Made by a program: the position numbers and the translations under genes. The notes under the pieces are model-generated. The model saw only the letters and a list, made by a program, of their open reading frames with translations, was not told where the DNA came from and did not search any database. This document shows positions 53,379-62,451 of a stretch of 64,000 nucleotides of DNA, piece after piece. The DNA lies in the NCBI GenBank assembly GCA_039796155.1, contig JBDKKJ010000002.1:97161-161160 (forward strand). The letters are read 5' to 3'. This stretch comes from Candidatus Parcubacteria bacterium (lineage in GTDB: Bacteria > Patescibacteriota > Minisyncoccia > Phycocordibacterales > UBA6065). Numbering within the stretch: position 1 is the first letter of the stretch; every line of letters starts with the position of its first letter.

Positions 53379-54155
53379 TTATATATTGAAGGCGAGTCGG
53401 CGCACTGAAACTTCCTGAGCTGTCTTTGCACTCTCGAGGGTGTAGTTGTCGTTTCCTGTAACTCCATCCTCGTGCCAAGTTCCATTCATAATAGTGTCAT
53501 CATGAAGCGTAATAGATCCTTCCCGAACACCATGATTATAAAGACCATCAGATGGCCATGCGTACGAGTGTGCGTATGAAATTTTTACTCCATGCACATC
53601 TTCGTTTATTCCTGTAATAACTAGAATGTGATTATATGTTTTCTCTTTACCTGTACCCATAAAGGTAATGATGTCACCTGCACGTGCATCTGAGATTGAA
53701 ATTTCAGAACTATTTGTATCGTGTCTAAAAGAATTCACTCCAAGGTTTTCAGCAGGGCGGAGACGTGCCAAGAAGGACCCGATGATTCCCGTACGTGTTG
53801 ATGTTACAAAACTAGTAATATTCTTACCGGTTTTTTCCTGTGCAAAGGCATTGAGTACGTGATATGCAAAACCTGAGCAATCGATTCCGAGGTTGCTGGT
53901 TACTAAAAACTCTTTTGTTTTATCTGTAGAAAGGCTCTCGATAGGCACGCGAGCAAGCTTTGCAATGATATGTGCTTCCTCAACAATTTCTTCAGGACTT
54001 CCTTTGCCTATAAGCACACGTAAATTGCCGCGAGTTTTTTTGCGTCGATTATTAAAGTAGGGACATGAAGGCTTTGCACTTAAAGAAAGCGAAAGATAGG
54101 CATCAATAACACTTCGTGCCTTTGCTCCGATAGTATGTGTTTCTACTGTATGCAT
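53379..54155 (-). CDS. NlpC/P60-like (C40) cysteine peptidase-fold protein
   Basis: ..LGIDCSGFAYHVLNAF.. (catalytic Cys motif) and ..GDIITFMGTGKEKTYNHILVITG.. (His). Confidence 0.55.
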   Translation of the reverse strand: MHTVETHTIGAKARSVIDAYLSLSLSAKPSCPYFNNRRKKTRGNLRVLIGKGSPEEIVEEAHIIAKLARVPIESLSTDKTKEFLVTSNLGIDCSGFAYHVLNAFAQEKTGKNITSFVTSTRTGIIGSFLARLRPAENLGVNSFRHDTNSSEISISDARAGDIITFMGTGKEKTYNHILVITGINEDVHGVKISYAHSYAWPSDGLYNHGVREGSITLHDDTIMNGTWHEDGVTGNDNYTLESAKTAQEVSVRRLAFNI

Positions 54156-55330
54156 GATGCGATGAATTTTCCAGACTGATTTAACGTATTGTGGCTCTCC
54201 ATTATACCTAGAGATGACTGAATGCGAAAAAGTTCTTTATTGTGCATAACATTTTTATACTCAATTACAGTGAACCCCTTTTCTTTAAGCGCAGAAACAT
54301 TCACTCTGTGGGGCACGTTTGTGACTCGTTCCACTATCTGAGCACCAGAATTGATCTGTGTTGTCGAAAGTGGCATCCACTTTTTCAGCAGAGCAGAAAT
54401 GTGTGTTTCAAAAATAGTTAGAGATTTTGGACGGGCTGATTTTTGAAGAGTTGATTCAAAAACAGTCGACGCAGCCTGACGCGCATTTATTTCGAGAAGA
54501 TAGATTTTGCCAGATACAGCGTCTTTAATAACATCGACGCCAAAGAGCCCGCGCCACGAATCTTTTTTAAGTCGCAGGCCTATGACGTGGGCGATCCGAG
54601 CAATCTCTTTTCTATCTTCTTTAGAAATAATTGACCAGTCATTACCTATAGTAGAGAAGGGCAGGTCGGTAAAAGGAGAAAGCCCGGTAATTTGGTAGCT
54701 CGGCGAACCAACAATAATTGCAAAGCGATTCACTGAAGCATTCACGGTATATACAGGTCCTTCGATAAAATCCACGATACGGCATTCTCGTTCAGGAAAC
54801 TTTGCTTTAAGGGGTTCTAGATCAGATGAAGAAGTAATGATGTATGTCCCTTGTCCGGTATGGGTATGATTAAACTGAAGTACAAACTTTTTATTTTCAA
54901 AAACTACATCTTTAACGAGTGCGACCCGGTTTGGTGGCAACAGGTTTGCATCAGTACCAAGCCACGCAATCTGTGAGATTTTTTCTTCTACCTTTTTTCC
55001 AAGTTCTGCTGAAGGATTTAAAAGGTTCCAATGCATCTGCTGCGCCAACCGCTCTATACGTGGAGTGTTTTGAAATACAACTACATCAGCATCGTGAGTA
55101 TCGATAATTTTTTGAACTTCAGGAAGGAGGAGTAAATCATACGTATCAAGGTCACCTGATTCAAGGGTGTTTTCATGAAGCCATACGTTCTCAGGGTGCT
55201 GTGCCTTTATTTCTCGGCCATATGCAGTGTCGTTAGAAACTATAAAGTAGTTGCTTGTAGGTACCATACCTAAAGCCCGCTCAATATCGCGGGTAACGTA
55301 GATAAGGGGTTTTTTGAGGACAAGAGACAT
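54143..55330 (-). CDS. ATP-grasp domain protein (unknown ligase)
   Basis: Start re-called at ATG 55330. ..KFVLQFNHTHTGQGTYII.., ..CRIVDFIEGPVYTVNA.., ..WRGLFGVDVIKDAVSGKIYLLEINARQAAS.. is the ATP-grasp C-terminal signature. Confidence 0.65.
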   Translation of the reverse strand: MSLVLKKPLIYVTRDIERALGMVPTSNYFIVSNDTAYGREIKAQHPENVWLHENTLESGDLDTYDLLLLPEVQKIIDTHDADVVVFQNTPRIERLAQQMHWNLLNPSAELGKKVEEKISQIAWLGTDANLLPPNRVALVKDVVFENKKFVLQFNHTHTGQGTYIITSSSDLEPLKAKFPERECRIVDFIEGPVYTVNASVNRFAIIVGSPSYQITGLSPFTDLPFSTIGNDWSIISKEDRKEIARIAHVIGLRLKKDSWRGLFGVDVIKDAVSGKIYLLEINARQAASTVFESTLQKSARPKSLTIFETHISALLKKWMPLSTTQINSGAQIVERVTNVPHRVNVSALKEKGFTVIEYKNVMHNKELFRIQSSLGIMESHNTLNQSGKFIASCIQ

Positions 55331-55358
55331 ACCTGATAGTATACTGAACGCACAAACT

Positions 55359-56024
55359 ATGGCTACTCTATATATAGTCGCAACACCAATCGGCAACCTC
55401 GAAGACATCACGTTTCGAGCTGTTCGCATATTAAAGGAAGTGCACGCGGTCTTCTGCGAGGATACCCGTACGTCACGTGTACTCTTTTCTAAATACGGAA
55501 TTACCACAAAAACAGAGAGTTTCCATGCGCAGAGCCCGCTCTCGCGTATTGATTACATTTCTGAGCTTCTTGAGGGAGGTAGAGATCTAGCTCTTGTATC
55601 TGATGCGGGCACTCCAGGCATTTCTGATCCAGGAATGGTACTAGTCTCGGAGGTTCGAAAGAGACTTCCATCTGTTGCGGTGGTTGCGATTCCCGGTGCG
55701 TCTGCTTTAACTGCTGCGGTATCTGTTGCGGGTCGACCTCTCCATGAATTCGTATTTCTCGGATTTTTACCTCATAAAAAAGGCCGACAAACTATCTTTG
55801 AAGAAATAAAAACAGGGGAACGACCGTATGTTTTTTATGAATCTCCACACCGAATCGAAAAAACTCTTGAGTCACTCAAAGATATCCCTAAGACAGTAAC
55901 TATTCTTCGAGAAATTACTAAAATGTATGAATCATATGTTTCTGGAACGGCGGAGGAGGTATTACTTTCATTTAAAAATAATCCCGACACCCTTCGCGGT
56001 GAATTTGTAGTGATTGTTGGATAA
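55359..56024 (+). CDS. rsmI: 16S rRNA (cytidine1402-2'-O)-methyltransferase RsmI
   Basis: MATLYIVATPIGNLEDITFRAVRILKEVHAVFCEDTR..., ..LVSDAGTPGISDPG.., ..FLGFLPHKKG.., ..FYESPHRI.. Confidence 0.9.
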   Translation: MATLYIVATPIGNLEDITFRAVRILKEVHAVFCEDTRTSRVLFSKYGITTKTESFHAQSPLSRIDYISELLEGGRDLALVSDAGTPGISDPGMVLVSEVRKRLPSVAVVAIPGASALTAAVSVAGRPLHEFVFLGFLPHKKGRQTIFEEIKTGERPYVFYESPHRIEKTLESLKDIPKTVTILREITKMYESYVSGTAEEVLLSFKNNPDTLRGEFVVIVG

Positions 56025-56063
56025 AAAAAGTATATACTGGCTTTATAATTTTTTTACATACAG

Positions 56064-56234
56064 ATGAAATACAGAAATCTTATAATCACCCTCGGCTTTA
56101 TCGTAATCTTTATCCAATTTTTGGGTTTTCCTCAAGCATGGCGTGATGTGCTTTATATCCTGAGTGGTCTACTTGTCATAACGTTTGGTTACCTTTCTGA
56201 AGCAGAAAAGAAAACAGCTCCTACTCAACCTTAA
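56064..56234 (+). CDS. 56-aa two-TM mini-protein (below the ORF-track cutoff)
   Basis: Own translation: MKYRNLIITLGFIVIFIQFLGFPQAWRDVLYILSGLLVITFGYLSEAEKKTAPTQP*. The stop lies 5 nt before the next gene. Confidence 0.4.
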   Translation: MKYRNLIITLGFIVIFIQFLGFPQAWRDVLYILSGLLVITFGYLSEAEKKTAPTQP

Positions 56235-56239
56235 TATTT

Positions 56240-57484
56240 GTGGCAAAAAACAGAACAAAAGAAAGTATACGTGCTTATAGAATTGGAGCATCGCTCGTAA
56301 CACTTTTTATTTTTCTGTTTGTTCTCACGTATGTAGGTGTACCAGGTGTGGGAGATATCAGTTATTCATCCTCAGATTTCAATGTCTCAGCCACCAGTAC
56401 TCCAGAGGAAGTTATTCCTGAGGTTGTACATATCAAAACACCTTCTGCGGTAAAGGGTATATATATGACTTCGTGTGTGGCTGCTACACCATCTTTGCGA
56501 AGCAATCTTGTAAAGCTAATTGATGAAACAGAGATTAATGCGGTCGTGTTAGACGTAAAAACGTTTGATGGATATATTTCATTCGAGCCACGTGATGAAA
56601 ATTTAAAGCATGCTACAGGAGGTTGCTTTGTGAAGGACATGAAGGAGTTTATCGAGCACCTTCATAGTAAAGACATTTATGTGATTGGTCGTGTGGCTTC
56701 GTTCCAAGATGCACTGCAGGTAAAGTTGCGTCCAGAACTTGCAGTTAAGAAAGCTACTGCAACCACAACCGTGTGGAGGGATTACAAAGGAATTCCGTGG
56801 ATTGATGCATCCGCGCAACCGCACAGAGAATACCTTGTTGCAATAGCAAAAGCCGCACATGAGATCGGGTTCGATGAAATTAATTTTGATTACATTAGAT
56901 TTCCGTCAGACGGAAACATGAAAGACATCATGTATCCGTGGAGTGGAAAACAAAAAAAGAGTGATGTTATGCGTTCATTTTTTGAGTATCTTCATAATGA
57001 ACTTTCACCTAAGGGAATAATTATTTCTGCGGATACATTCGGTATGACAACTACAAATACTGATGATTTAAATATTGGCCAGATTCTTGAAGACGCTCTA
57101 CCGTTCTTTGATTACATCGCACCGATGGTGTATCCATCGCACTATCCGGTAGGATTTATGAATTTTCAAGATCCAAATAAGCACGTCTACGAAATAGTAA
57201 ATTATTCAATGAAGGTAGCTGTTGAAAGAGCACGGGCCACAACCACGACTGTTGCATTACCTGGCGCACGTATTGGTACAACCACACCAGCACTTTATGC
57301 AAAACCGTCGTTCGACATACAAAAATTACGGCCGTGGCTTCAAGATAATAACTATCCTGTGACCTATACCGCTGAAATGGTTCGAGCACAGATCCAAGCA
57401 ACGTACGACACAGGACTTACATCATGGATGCTCTGGAATGCAGGGAATAGATACACAAGGGCAGCTTTGACGGAAGGTCAATAA
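56240..57484 (+). CDS. Putative TIM-barrel glycoside hydrolase (DUF4015-like), membrane anchored
   Basis: GTG start. TM anchor IGASLVTLFIFLFVLTYVGV. ..VKGIYMTSCVAATPSLRSNLVKLIDETEINAVVLDVKTFDGYISF.., ..GFDEINFDYIRFP.. Confidence 0.5.
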   Translation: MAKNRTKESIRAYRIGASLVTLFIFLFVLTYVGVPGVGDISYSSSDFNVSATSTPEEVIPEVVHIKTPSAVKGIYMTSCVAATPSLRSNLVKLIDETEINAVVLDVKTFDGYISFEPRDENLKHATGGCFVKDMKEFIEHLHSKDIYVIGRVASFQDALQVKLRPELAVKKATATTTVWRDYKGIPWIDASAQPHREYLVAIAKAAHEIGFDEINFDYIRFPSDGNMKDIMYPWSGKQKKSDVMRSFFEYLHNELSPKGIIISADTFGMTTTNTDDLNIGQILEDALPFFDYIAPMVYPSHYPVGFMNFQDPNKHVYEIVNYSMKVAVERARATTTTVALPGARIGTTTPALYAKPSFDIQKLRPWLQDNNYPVTYTAEMVRAQIQATYDTGLTSWMLWNAGNRYTRAALTEGQ

Positions 57485-57496
57485 TACGGTATATTA

Positions 57497-57524
57497 TTGA
57501 CGCGGCAGAAATTCTGGCTAGATT
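57497..57524 (+). promoter_or_regulatory. Promoter TTGACG-16-TAGATT for mini-gene 57536 (near-leaderless)
   Basis: ttgacg cggcagaaattctggc tagatt. The ATG lies 12 nt after the -10 element. Confidence 0.5.
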
Positions 57525-57535
57525 ACCTACACCAC

Positions 57536-57727
57536 ATGCACATTGCACTTACATCAGTTCGTGGGCTCGGACAAAAGCTCGCTGCGCTGAGGGACCGTCT
57601 CGGTTTCACTATCACTCGTGACGGAAAAGTAATCCGACTGCGTGATGTAAGACCTTGGGGCGTTATCACCTGTATTATTCACGGTTTAGCCGGAATCTTC
57701 GGGTGGGAAGGTCGTCCTCGCCGTTAA
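57536..57727 (+). CDS. Orphan 63-aa GC-rich mini-protein with C-terminal hydrophobic helix
   Basis: MHIALTSVRGLGQKLAALRDRLGFTITRDGKVIRLRDVRPWGVITCIIHGLAGIFGWEGRPRR. 52% GC in the first 100 nt (hand count). It has its own promoter and terminator. Confidence 0.45.
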   Translation: MHIALTSVRGLGQKLAALRDRLGFTITRDGKVIRLRDVRPWGVITCIIHGLAGIFGWEGRPRR

Positions 57728-57743
57728 CGAAATCGTCAGTATG

Positions 57744-57768
57744 GTCGCCCTCTTCGGGCGACTTTTTT
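57744..57768 (+). terminator. Intrinsic terminator of mini-gene 57536
   Basis: gtcgccc-tcttc-gggcgac followed by tttttt. Confidence 0.7.
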
Positions 57769-57783
57769 ATAGAAATAAACGAC

Positions 57784-57812
57784 TGGACACTTTTTTAAAA
57801 GCAGTGTACTAT
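57784..57812 (+). promoter_or_regulatory. Candidate promoter TGGACA-17-TACTAT for mini-gene 57913
   Basis: tggaca cttttttaaaagcagtg tactat, about 100 nt upstream of ATG 57913. Confidence 0.35.
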
Positions 57813-57912
57813 ATTTATCGGCAGCAGATTCCGTATACCAGTTACCGGAGTCCTTTTTGAGACAGTTCGGAGTCTTAAACAAGATTGTACTGGTTGTTTG
57901 ATCATTAGTTAT

Positions 57913-58140
57913 ATGGCACACCCGCACAGCAATACACAGTTCATGTCCGGCGGATATGGACGGTCTTCCTCATCCTATCAGGCTCCAGGACAAGCAGCCG
58001 CAGAGCAGCGTCGTCGCGACGCTACCCAGCAGCAGCAAGTCCAGGTCCAGAGTGTTATACCGCATCGCGGTGAATACACAGGAACGCTTGATCGGCGACG
58101 GATTGGTTTCTTGCAGCCGGCGGCTCAAGAAACCAAGTAG
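57913..58140 (+). CDS. Orphan 75-aa GC-rich low-complexity (Q/R/S/G-rich) mini-protein
   Basis: MAHPHSNTQFMSGGYGRSSSSYQAPGQAAAEQRRRDATQQQQVQVQSVIPHRGEYTGTLDRRRIGFLQPAAQETK. 58% GC in the first 100 nt (hand count). Followed by its own terminator. Confidence 0.4.
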   Translation: MAHPHSNTQFMSGGYGRSSSSYQAPGQAAAEQRRRDATQQQQVQVQSVIPHRGEYTGTLDRRRIGFLQPAAQETK

Positions 58141-58157
58141 CAGGTTGTATTAGAAGC

Positions 58158-58191
58158 GCGGGAGTTCACGTTTACGTGGGCTCCCGCTTTT
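58158..58191 (+). terminator. Intrinsic terminator of mini-gene 57913
   Basis: gcgggag-ttcacgtttacgtgg-gctcccgc followed by tttt. Confidence 0.65.
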
Positions 58192-58231
58192 GATTTTGTT
58201 TATATTCTTAAAAAATGGCACAATAGAGGAA

Positions 58232-60106
58232 ATGACAAGCGACGACAAAGTAACATATTTCGGTCAGACTGATTCCAGAAATAAACTTGTTAAATTCGGC
58301 ATCAGAGCCGAGGATCGCACCCGACACGTCTATGTGATCGGAAAGACAGGTATGGGTAAATCAAACTTATTGGAGGTTATGTCGGTACAAGATATTCAAA
58401 GCGGGGAAGGCTTGTGTTTTATAGATCCGCACGGCAAGACGGCTGAGCTCCTCCTCAACTATATTCCAGAAAATCGAATTAAAGACGTAGTGTACTTTGC
58501 ACCGTTTGATATCGAAAATCCTATTTCATTTAATGTGATGGAAGATGTGGGTTATGACAAACGACACCTTGTTGTGTCCGGCCTCATGTCTACTTTTAAA
58601 AAGATCTGGGTTGATGCGTGGTCTGCTCGTATGGAGTACATTCTTTCAAACACACTGCTCGCACTTCTTGAGTATCCTGATGCAACACTCCTCGGGGTGA
58701 ACAAAATGCTTTCAGACAAAGTATATCGAAAGAAAGTTGTTGATAACATTACCGACCCGGCAGTAAAGTCATTCTGGGTTGATGAGTTTGCAAAATACAC
58801 AGAAAAATTTGCAGCTGAAGCAACTCCTGCTATTCAAAATAAAATTGGGCAGTTCACAAACAATCCACTCATTAGAAATATTATTGGTCAGCCAAAATCT
58901 TCTTTTGATATACGTAGGATGATGGATGAGAGAAAGATTCTCATTGTTAACCTATCAAAGGGAAGAGTGGGTGAGTCAAACGCAAACCTTTTGGGTTCGA
59001 TGCTCATTACTAAAATATATTTGGCTGCTATGTCTCGAGCCGATGCTTCAGAAAAAACAATTAAGTCTTTGCCAAACTTTTACCTGTACGTGGACGAATT
59101 TCAGTCTTTCGCCAACGAATCATTTGCCGATATTCTTTCTGAAGCACGAAAGTACAAGCTTAATCTAACTATTGCTCATCAGTATGTTGAACAAATGTCT
59201 GAAGAGGTGCGCGCGGCGGTATTCGGAAACGTGGGTACAATGATTGTATTTCGTGTTGGATCTTTTGATGCTGAGCAGTTTGAAAAGGAGTTTGCGCCAA
59301 AGTTCACCGCTGACGATATTGTGAACCTTGGAAAGTATCAAATGTATTTACGACTTATGATCGATGGTGTTGGATCACAGCCTTTCTCAGCTACAGGATT
59401 GCCACCGGTTGTTTTGCCACCGATTTCATATAAATCCCAGGCGGTCGAGTCGTCACAAACAACATACGGACATCCTCGTGAAAAAGTCGAAGAATATATT
59501 AAAAACTGGATGGCCGGGAATCCTGAAGGAAAAGCTGAAGTGAAAACCGATAAGGTAGTCATACCAGCAAACTCGGCTCAACCAGCTCAGCAGAATCAGA
59601 TAGGGCAGCAAACACCGCGGCCGGTTCAAGCTACACGACCACCGCAAGATTTTCGTAAGCCGGTACAACAAATTCCTGTACAAAATAACCGCCCAGCAGG
59701 AGAGGTGAAGCAGCCGGTAAGAGATGATCGAAGCCGGCAATCTGTCCCTGTACCTCCACCACTTGAAAACACAGATGGTTTTCAAGGTCTTGCTGCTCTT
59801 AAAAAGATGGGTAATGAAGCACCTGCACGTATACACCGTTTGCCAGAACGAAAGGGTGTTACTCCCGAGTCACGTAATGAGTTAAAGCAGGCTCTCGCGG
59901 CACTCATCAAACCCCCGCAGTCAACTCAGATGCCGGCAGCCCCCGCAGCAACAACGACAGTTCCGGTTACTCCTGTTCAAGCACCTAAACAGCCAATCCA
60001 ATCTCAGTCTCAGACAAAACCTGTAGAAAAGCCGATACAACAAGAAAAGAAGGAAAGCCTTAAAGAAGTTCCCGAGGACGTGCTCAAAAGGATTCTTGAG
60101 GTATAG
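58232..60106 (+). CDS. VirD4/TraG/TraD-like (type IV secretion coupling protein-type) P-loop ATPase with Pro/Gln-rich C-terminal tail
   Basis: Start re-called at ATG 58232. Walker A VIGKTGMGKSNL, ..CFIDPHGK.., Walker B ..FYLYVDEFQSFA.., ..LNLTIAHQYVEQM.., ..GNVGTMIVFRVG.. The last roughly 170 aa are P/Q/V-rich and low-complexity. Confidence 0.6.
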   Translation: MTSDDKVTYFGQTDSRNKLVKFGIRAEDRTRHVYVIGKTGMGKSNLLEVMSVQDIQSGEGLCFIDPHGKTAELLLNYIPENRIKDVVYFAPFDIENPISFNVMEDVGYDKRHLVVSGLMSTFKKIWVDAWSARMEYILSNTLLALLEYPDATLLGVNKMLSDKVYRKKVVDNITDPAVKSFWVDEFAKYTEKFAAEATPAIQNKIGQFTNNPLIRNIIGQPKSSFDIRRMMDERKILIVNLSKGRVGESNANLLGSMLITKIYLAAMSRADASEKTIKSLPNFYLYVDEFQSFANESFADILSEARKYKLNLTIAHQYVEQMSEEVRAAVFGNVGTMIVFRVGSFDAEQFEKEFAPKFTADDIVNLGKYQMYLRLMIDGVGSQPFSATGLPPVVLPPISYKSQAVESSQTTYGHPREKVEEYIKNWMAGNPEGKAEVKTDKVVIPANSAQPAQQNQIGQQTPRPVQATRPPQDFRKPVQQIPVQNNRPAGEVKQPVRDDRSRQSVPVPPPLENTDGFQGLAALKKMGNEAPARIHRLPERKGVTPESRNELKQALAALIKPPQSTQMPAAPAATTTVPVTPVQAPKQPIQSQSQTKPVEKPIQQEKKESLKEVPEDVLKRILEV

Positions 60107-60151
60107 TAACCTTGTGGGGCAGGACGGAATTATAGAAAGAACACTACTGAT

Positions 60152-61342
60152 ATGGCTAAAAAACGAGTTCTCATATTCTCATTTGTATATTATCCTCGCT
60201 TTATAGGCGGGGCAGAGATTGCTATTAAAGAAATCACCGACAGGATTGGTGATGATATTGAGTTTGACCTTATTGCCCTTCGACTCGATAAAAAGCTACC
60301 GAAGATGGAGAAAGTAGGGAATGTCACCGTTCATCGTATTGGTTGGGTTGGTAAAACTGATGCGTCTCCAGATTCTCTGCCACTCTATCTTCATCTCAAC
60401 AAATACGTTTACCCATTTACTGCAGCTCTCGCAGCTGTACGACTGCACGCGCAGGAAAAATATGATGGAATTTGGGCGATGATGGCAAATTATTCTGGCT
60501 TTGCCGCTTTGTTCTTTAAACTCTTTCATATGCACGTGCCTTTTATTCTGACTCTTCAGGAAGGGGATCCAATCGACTATATTCAAAAGCGAGTTCGACC
60601 TATTTCGAAAATCTTCAAAATGATTTTTACGCATGCGGATCGCATCCAAACGATTTCACATTATCTTGCCGATTTTGCTAAAACTATGGGTGCAACATGT
60701 CCGGTAACTGTTGTGCCAAACGGTGTTGATATCAAACATTTTTCTCGAGAGTATGATCCGCAGGAACTCGCTGTACTTAAAAAAACGTTAGGTAAAGAAG
60801 AGGGAGACGTCTTTATAATCACGACCTCTCGACTCGTTGTGAAAAACGCGGTCATAGATATTGTTGAATCACTTGCGTACCTACCTGAAAACGTAAAACT
60901 ACTTGTTCTCGGGACGGGATATGAATTATCTAATTTAAAGAAGCGAGCACATGAACTCGGTGTTACATCTCGGGTAAATTTCCTTGGCTACGTATCACAC
61001 GCAGACATGCCAAAGTTTTTGAAAATTTCAGATATCTTTATTCGACCTTCTTTGTCTGAAGGTTTTGGTAATTCATTTATCGAAGCCATGGCTGCTGGTC
61101 TACCGGTAATCGCAACTCCCGTGGGAGGCATCGTTGATTTCTTAAAGAATAAGGAGACGGGTATTTTCTGCGAGGTCTCGAATCCAGAGGATATTGCTCG
61201 TAAGGTTGAAGTTTTTATGCACGATACGAATCTCCGAAATGAAATCGTTGATAATGCCATGCATATGGTTTTAGACCACTATGATTGGAAGCTTGTGTCA
61301 AAAGACATGAAGGAAAAAGTATTTGATATACTGGAGGCATGA
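60152..61342 (+). CDS. Glycosyltransferase family 4
   Basis: ..IRPSLSEGFGNSFIEAMAAGLPVIATPVGGIVDFL.. is the GT-B EX7E motif. Confidence 0.85.
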   Translation: MAKKRVLIFSFVYYPRFIGGAEIAIKEITDRIGDDIEFDLIALRLDKKLPKMEKVGNVTVHRIGWVGKTDASPDSLPLYLHLNKYVYPFTAALAAVRLHAQEKYDGIWAMMANYSGFAALFFKLFHMHVPFILTLQEGDPIDYIQKRVRPISKIFKMIFTHADRIQTISHYLADFAKTMGATCPVTVVPNGVDIKHFSREYDPQELAVLKKTLGKEEGDVFIITTSRLVVKNAVIDIVESLAYLPENVKLLVLGTGYELSNLKKRAHELGVTSRVNFLGYVSHADMPKFLKISDIFIRPSLSEGFGNSFIEAMAAGLPVIATPVGGIVDFLKNKETGIFCEVSNPEDIARKVEVFMHDTNLRNEIVDNAMHMVLDHYDWKLVSKDMKEKVFDILEA

Positions 61343-62451
61343 AAATTCTGATAGCTACCGGCATATTCCCGCCCCAGATTGGTGGACCAGCAACCTATTC
61401 AAAGTTACTTTACGATGAACTCCCCAAGAGGGGGATTAACGTAGAGATAGCAACGTTTGGTGATTATCTTGATAAGCCAAAGGTTGTTCGTCATTTTCTA
61501 TATTTTCTCGAATTGTTACGAAAAGCAGCTGATGTCGATATGGTCTATGCACTCGATCCTGTATCAGTTGGTTTGCCGGCTCTTATCGCTTCTCAGATTC
61601 GAGACAAAAAATTTGTACTTCGTGTTGCTGGTGACTATGCATGGGAGCAGGGAACTCAAAGATTTGGTGTAACTGACATTCTCGACGAGTTTGCAAAGAC
61701 TACTGAAAAATACTCATGGCAGGTAAAACTTTTGAAAAAAGTTCAGACGTATGTTGCAGAGGGTGCATTTCGCATCATTGTGCCCAGCAATTACCTAAAA
61801 GGTATTGTTTCAGCGTGGGGAATCAGTCCGGATAAAGTTACTGTCGTGTATAACGGTTTCCATGTAGCGCTTTCAAAAACTCTTCGTACAAGTGTGCGAA
61901 AGAAGCTTGGACTTGAAGGTTCCGTGATTGTCAGTGCGGGGCGTTTGGTTCCATGGAAGGGAATGAAAGAGTTGATTGAGACTTTGCCGCACGTAATAAA
62001 GGAGGTTTCAGATGCTCGATTGGTAATTGTAGGTGACGGTCCCGAGAAAAAGAACCTCGAGGAATATGTTGTTTCTCTTGGTTTGTCTGAGAGGGTTAGA
62101 TTTACGGGTAAATTGAGCCAGAAAGAGCTTTTTGACTATGTGAAGGCTGCCGATGTCTTTGCTCTTAATACAGCGTATGAAGGCCTTTCTCATCAGATTC
62201 TTGAAACCATGGCTATAGGTACACCGGTTATAACAACAGGTATAGGGGGAAACCCTGAAGTAATACAAAACGGCAAGACGGGTATATTGCTTGCACCTAA
62301 CGATATTCCTGCTTTTACCAAAGCACTGACCGATCTGCTGTCATCTCGTGCGGTAGCATTCAGTATTGCTCAAGCAGCAAAAAAAGCAGTAGGAAAGTTC
62401 ACTGATGAAGCAATGCTCACTCGTATAACCGAAGAACTCAAAAAATTATGA
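61339..62451 (+). CDS. Glycosyltransferase family 4
   Basis: MKILIATGIFPPQIGGPATY.. and ..ALNTAYEGLSHQILETMAIGTPVITTGIGGNPEVI.. ATGA overlap with the previous gene. Confidence 0.85.
   Translation: MKILIATGIFPPQIGGPATYSKLLYDELPKRGINVEIATFGDYLDKPKVVRHFLYFLELLRKAADVDMVYALDPVSVGLPALIASQIRDKKFVLRVAGDYAWEQGTQRFGVTDILDEFAKTTEKYSWQVKLLKKVQTYVAEGAFRIIVPSNYLKGIVSAWGISPDKVTVVYNGFHVALSKTLRTSVRKKLGLEGSVIVSAGRLVPWKGMKELIETLPHVIKEVSDARLVIVGDGPEKKNLEEYVVSLGLSERVRFTGKLSQKELFDYVKAADVFALNTAYEGLSHQILETMAIGTPVITTGIGGNPEVIQNGKTGILLAPNDIPAFTKALTDLLSSRAVAFSIAQAAKKAVGKFTDEAMLTRITEELKKL

Noticed and set aside
57497-58195. Checked GC-rich non-coding-looking stretches (also 18560-18790, 22795-22900 and 45288-45449) for RNase P, tmRNA and SRP RNA signatures (GGAAAGUCC, GGUUCGAUUCC...CCA, GGAAGCAGCC-type motifs).
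   Set aside because: None of these hallmark motifs is present on either strand. At 57.5-58.2 kb, ORFs fill the promoter-terminator intervals exactly, which favours mini-proteins.
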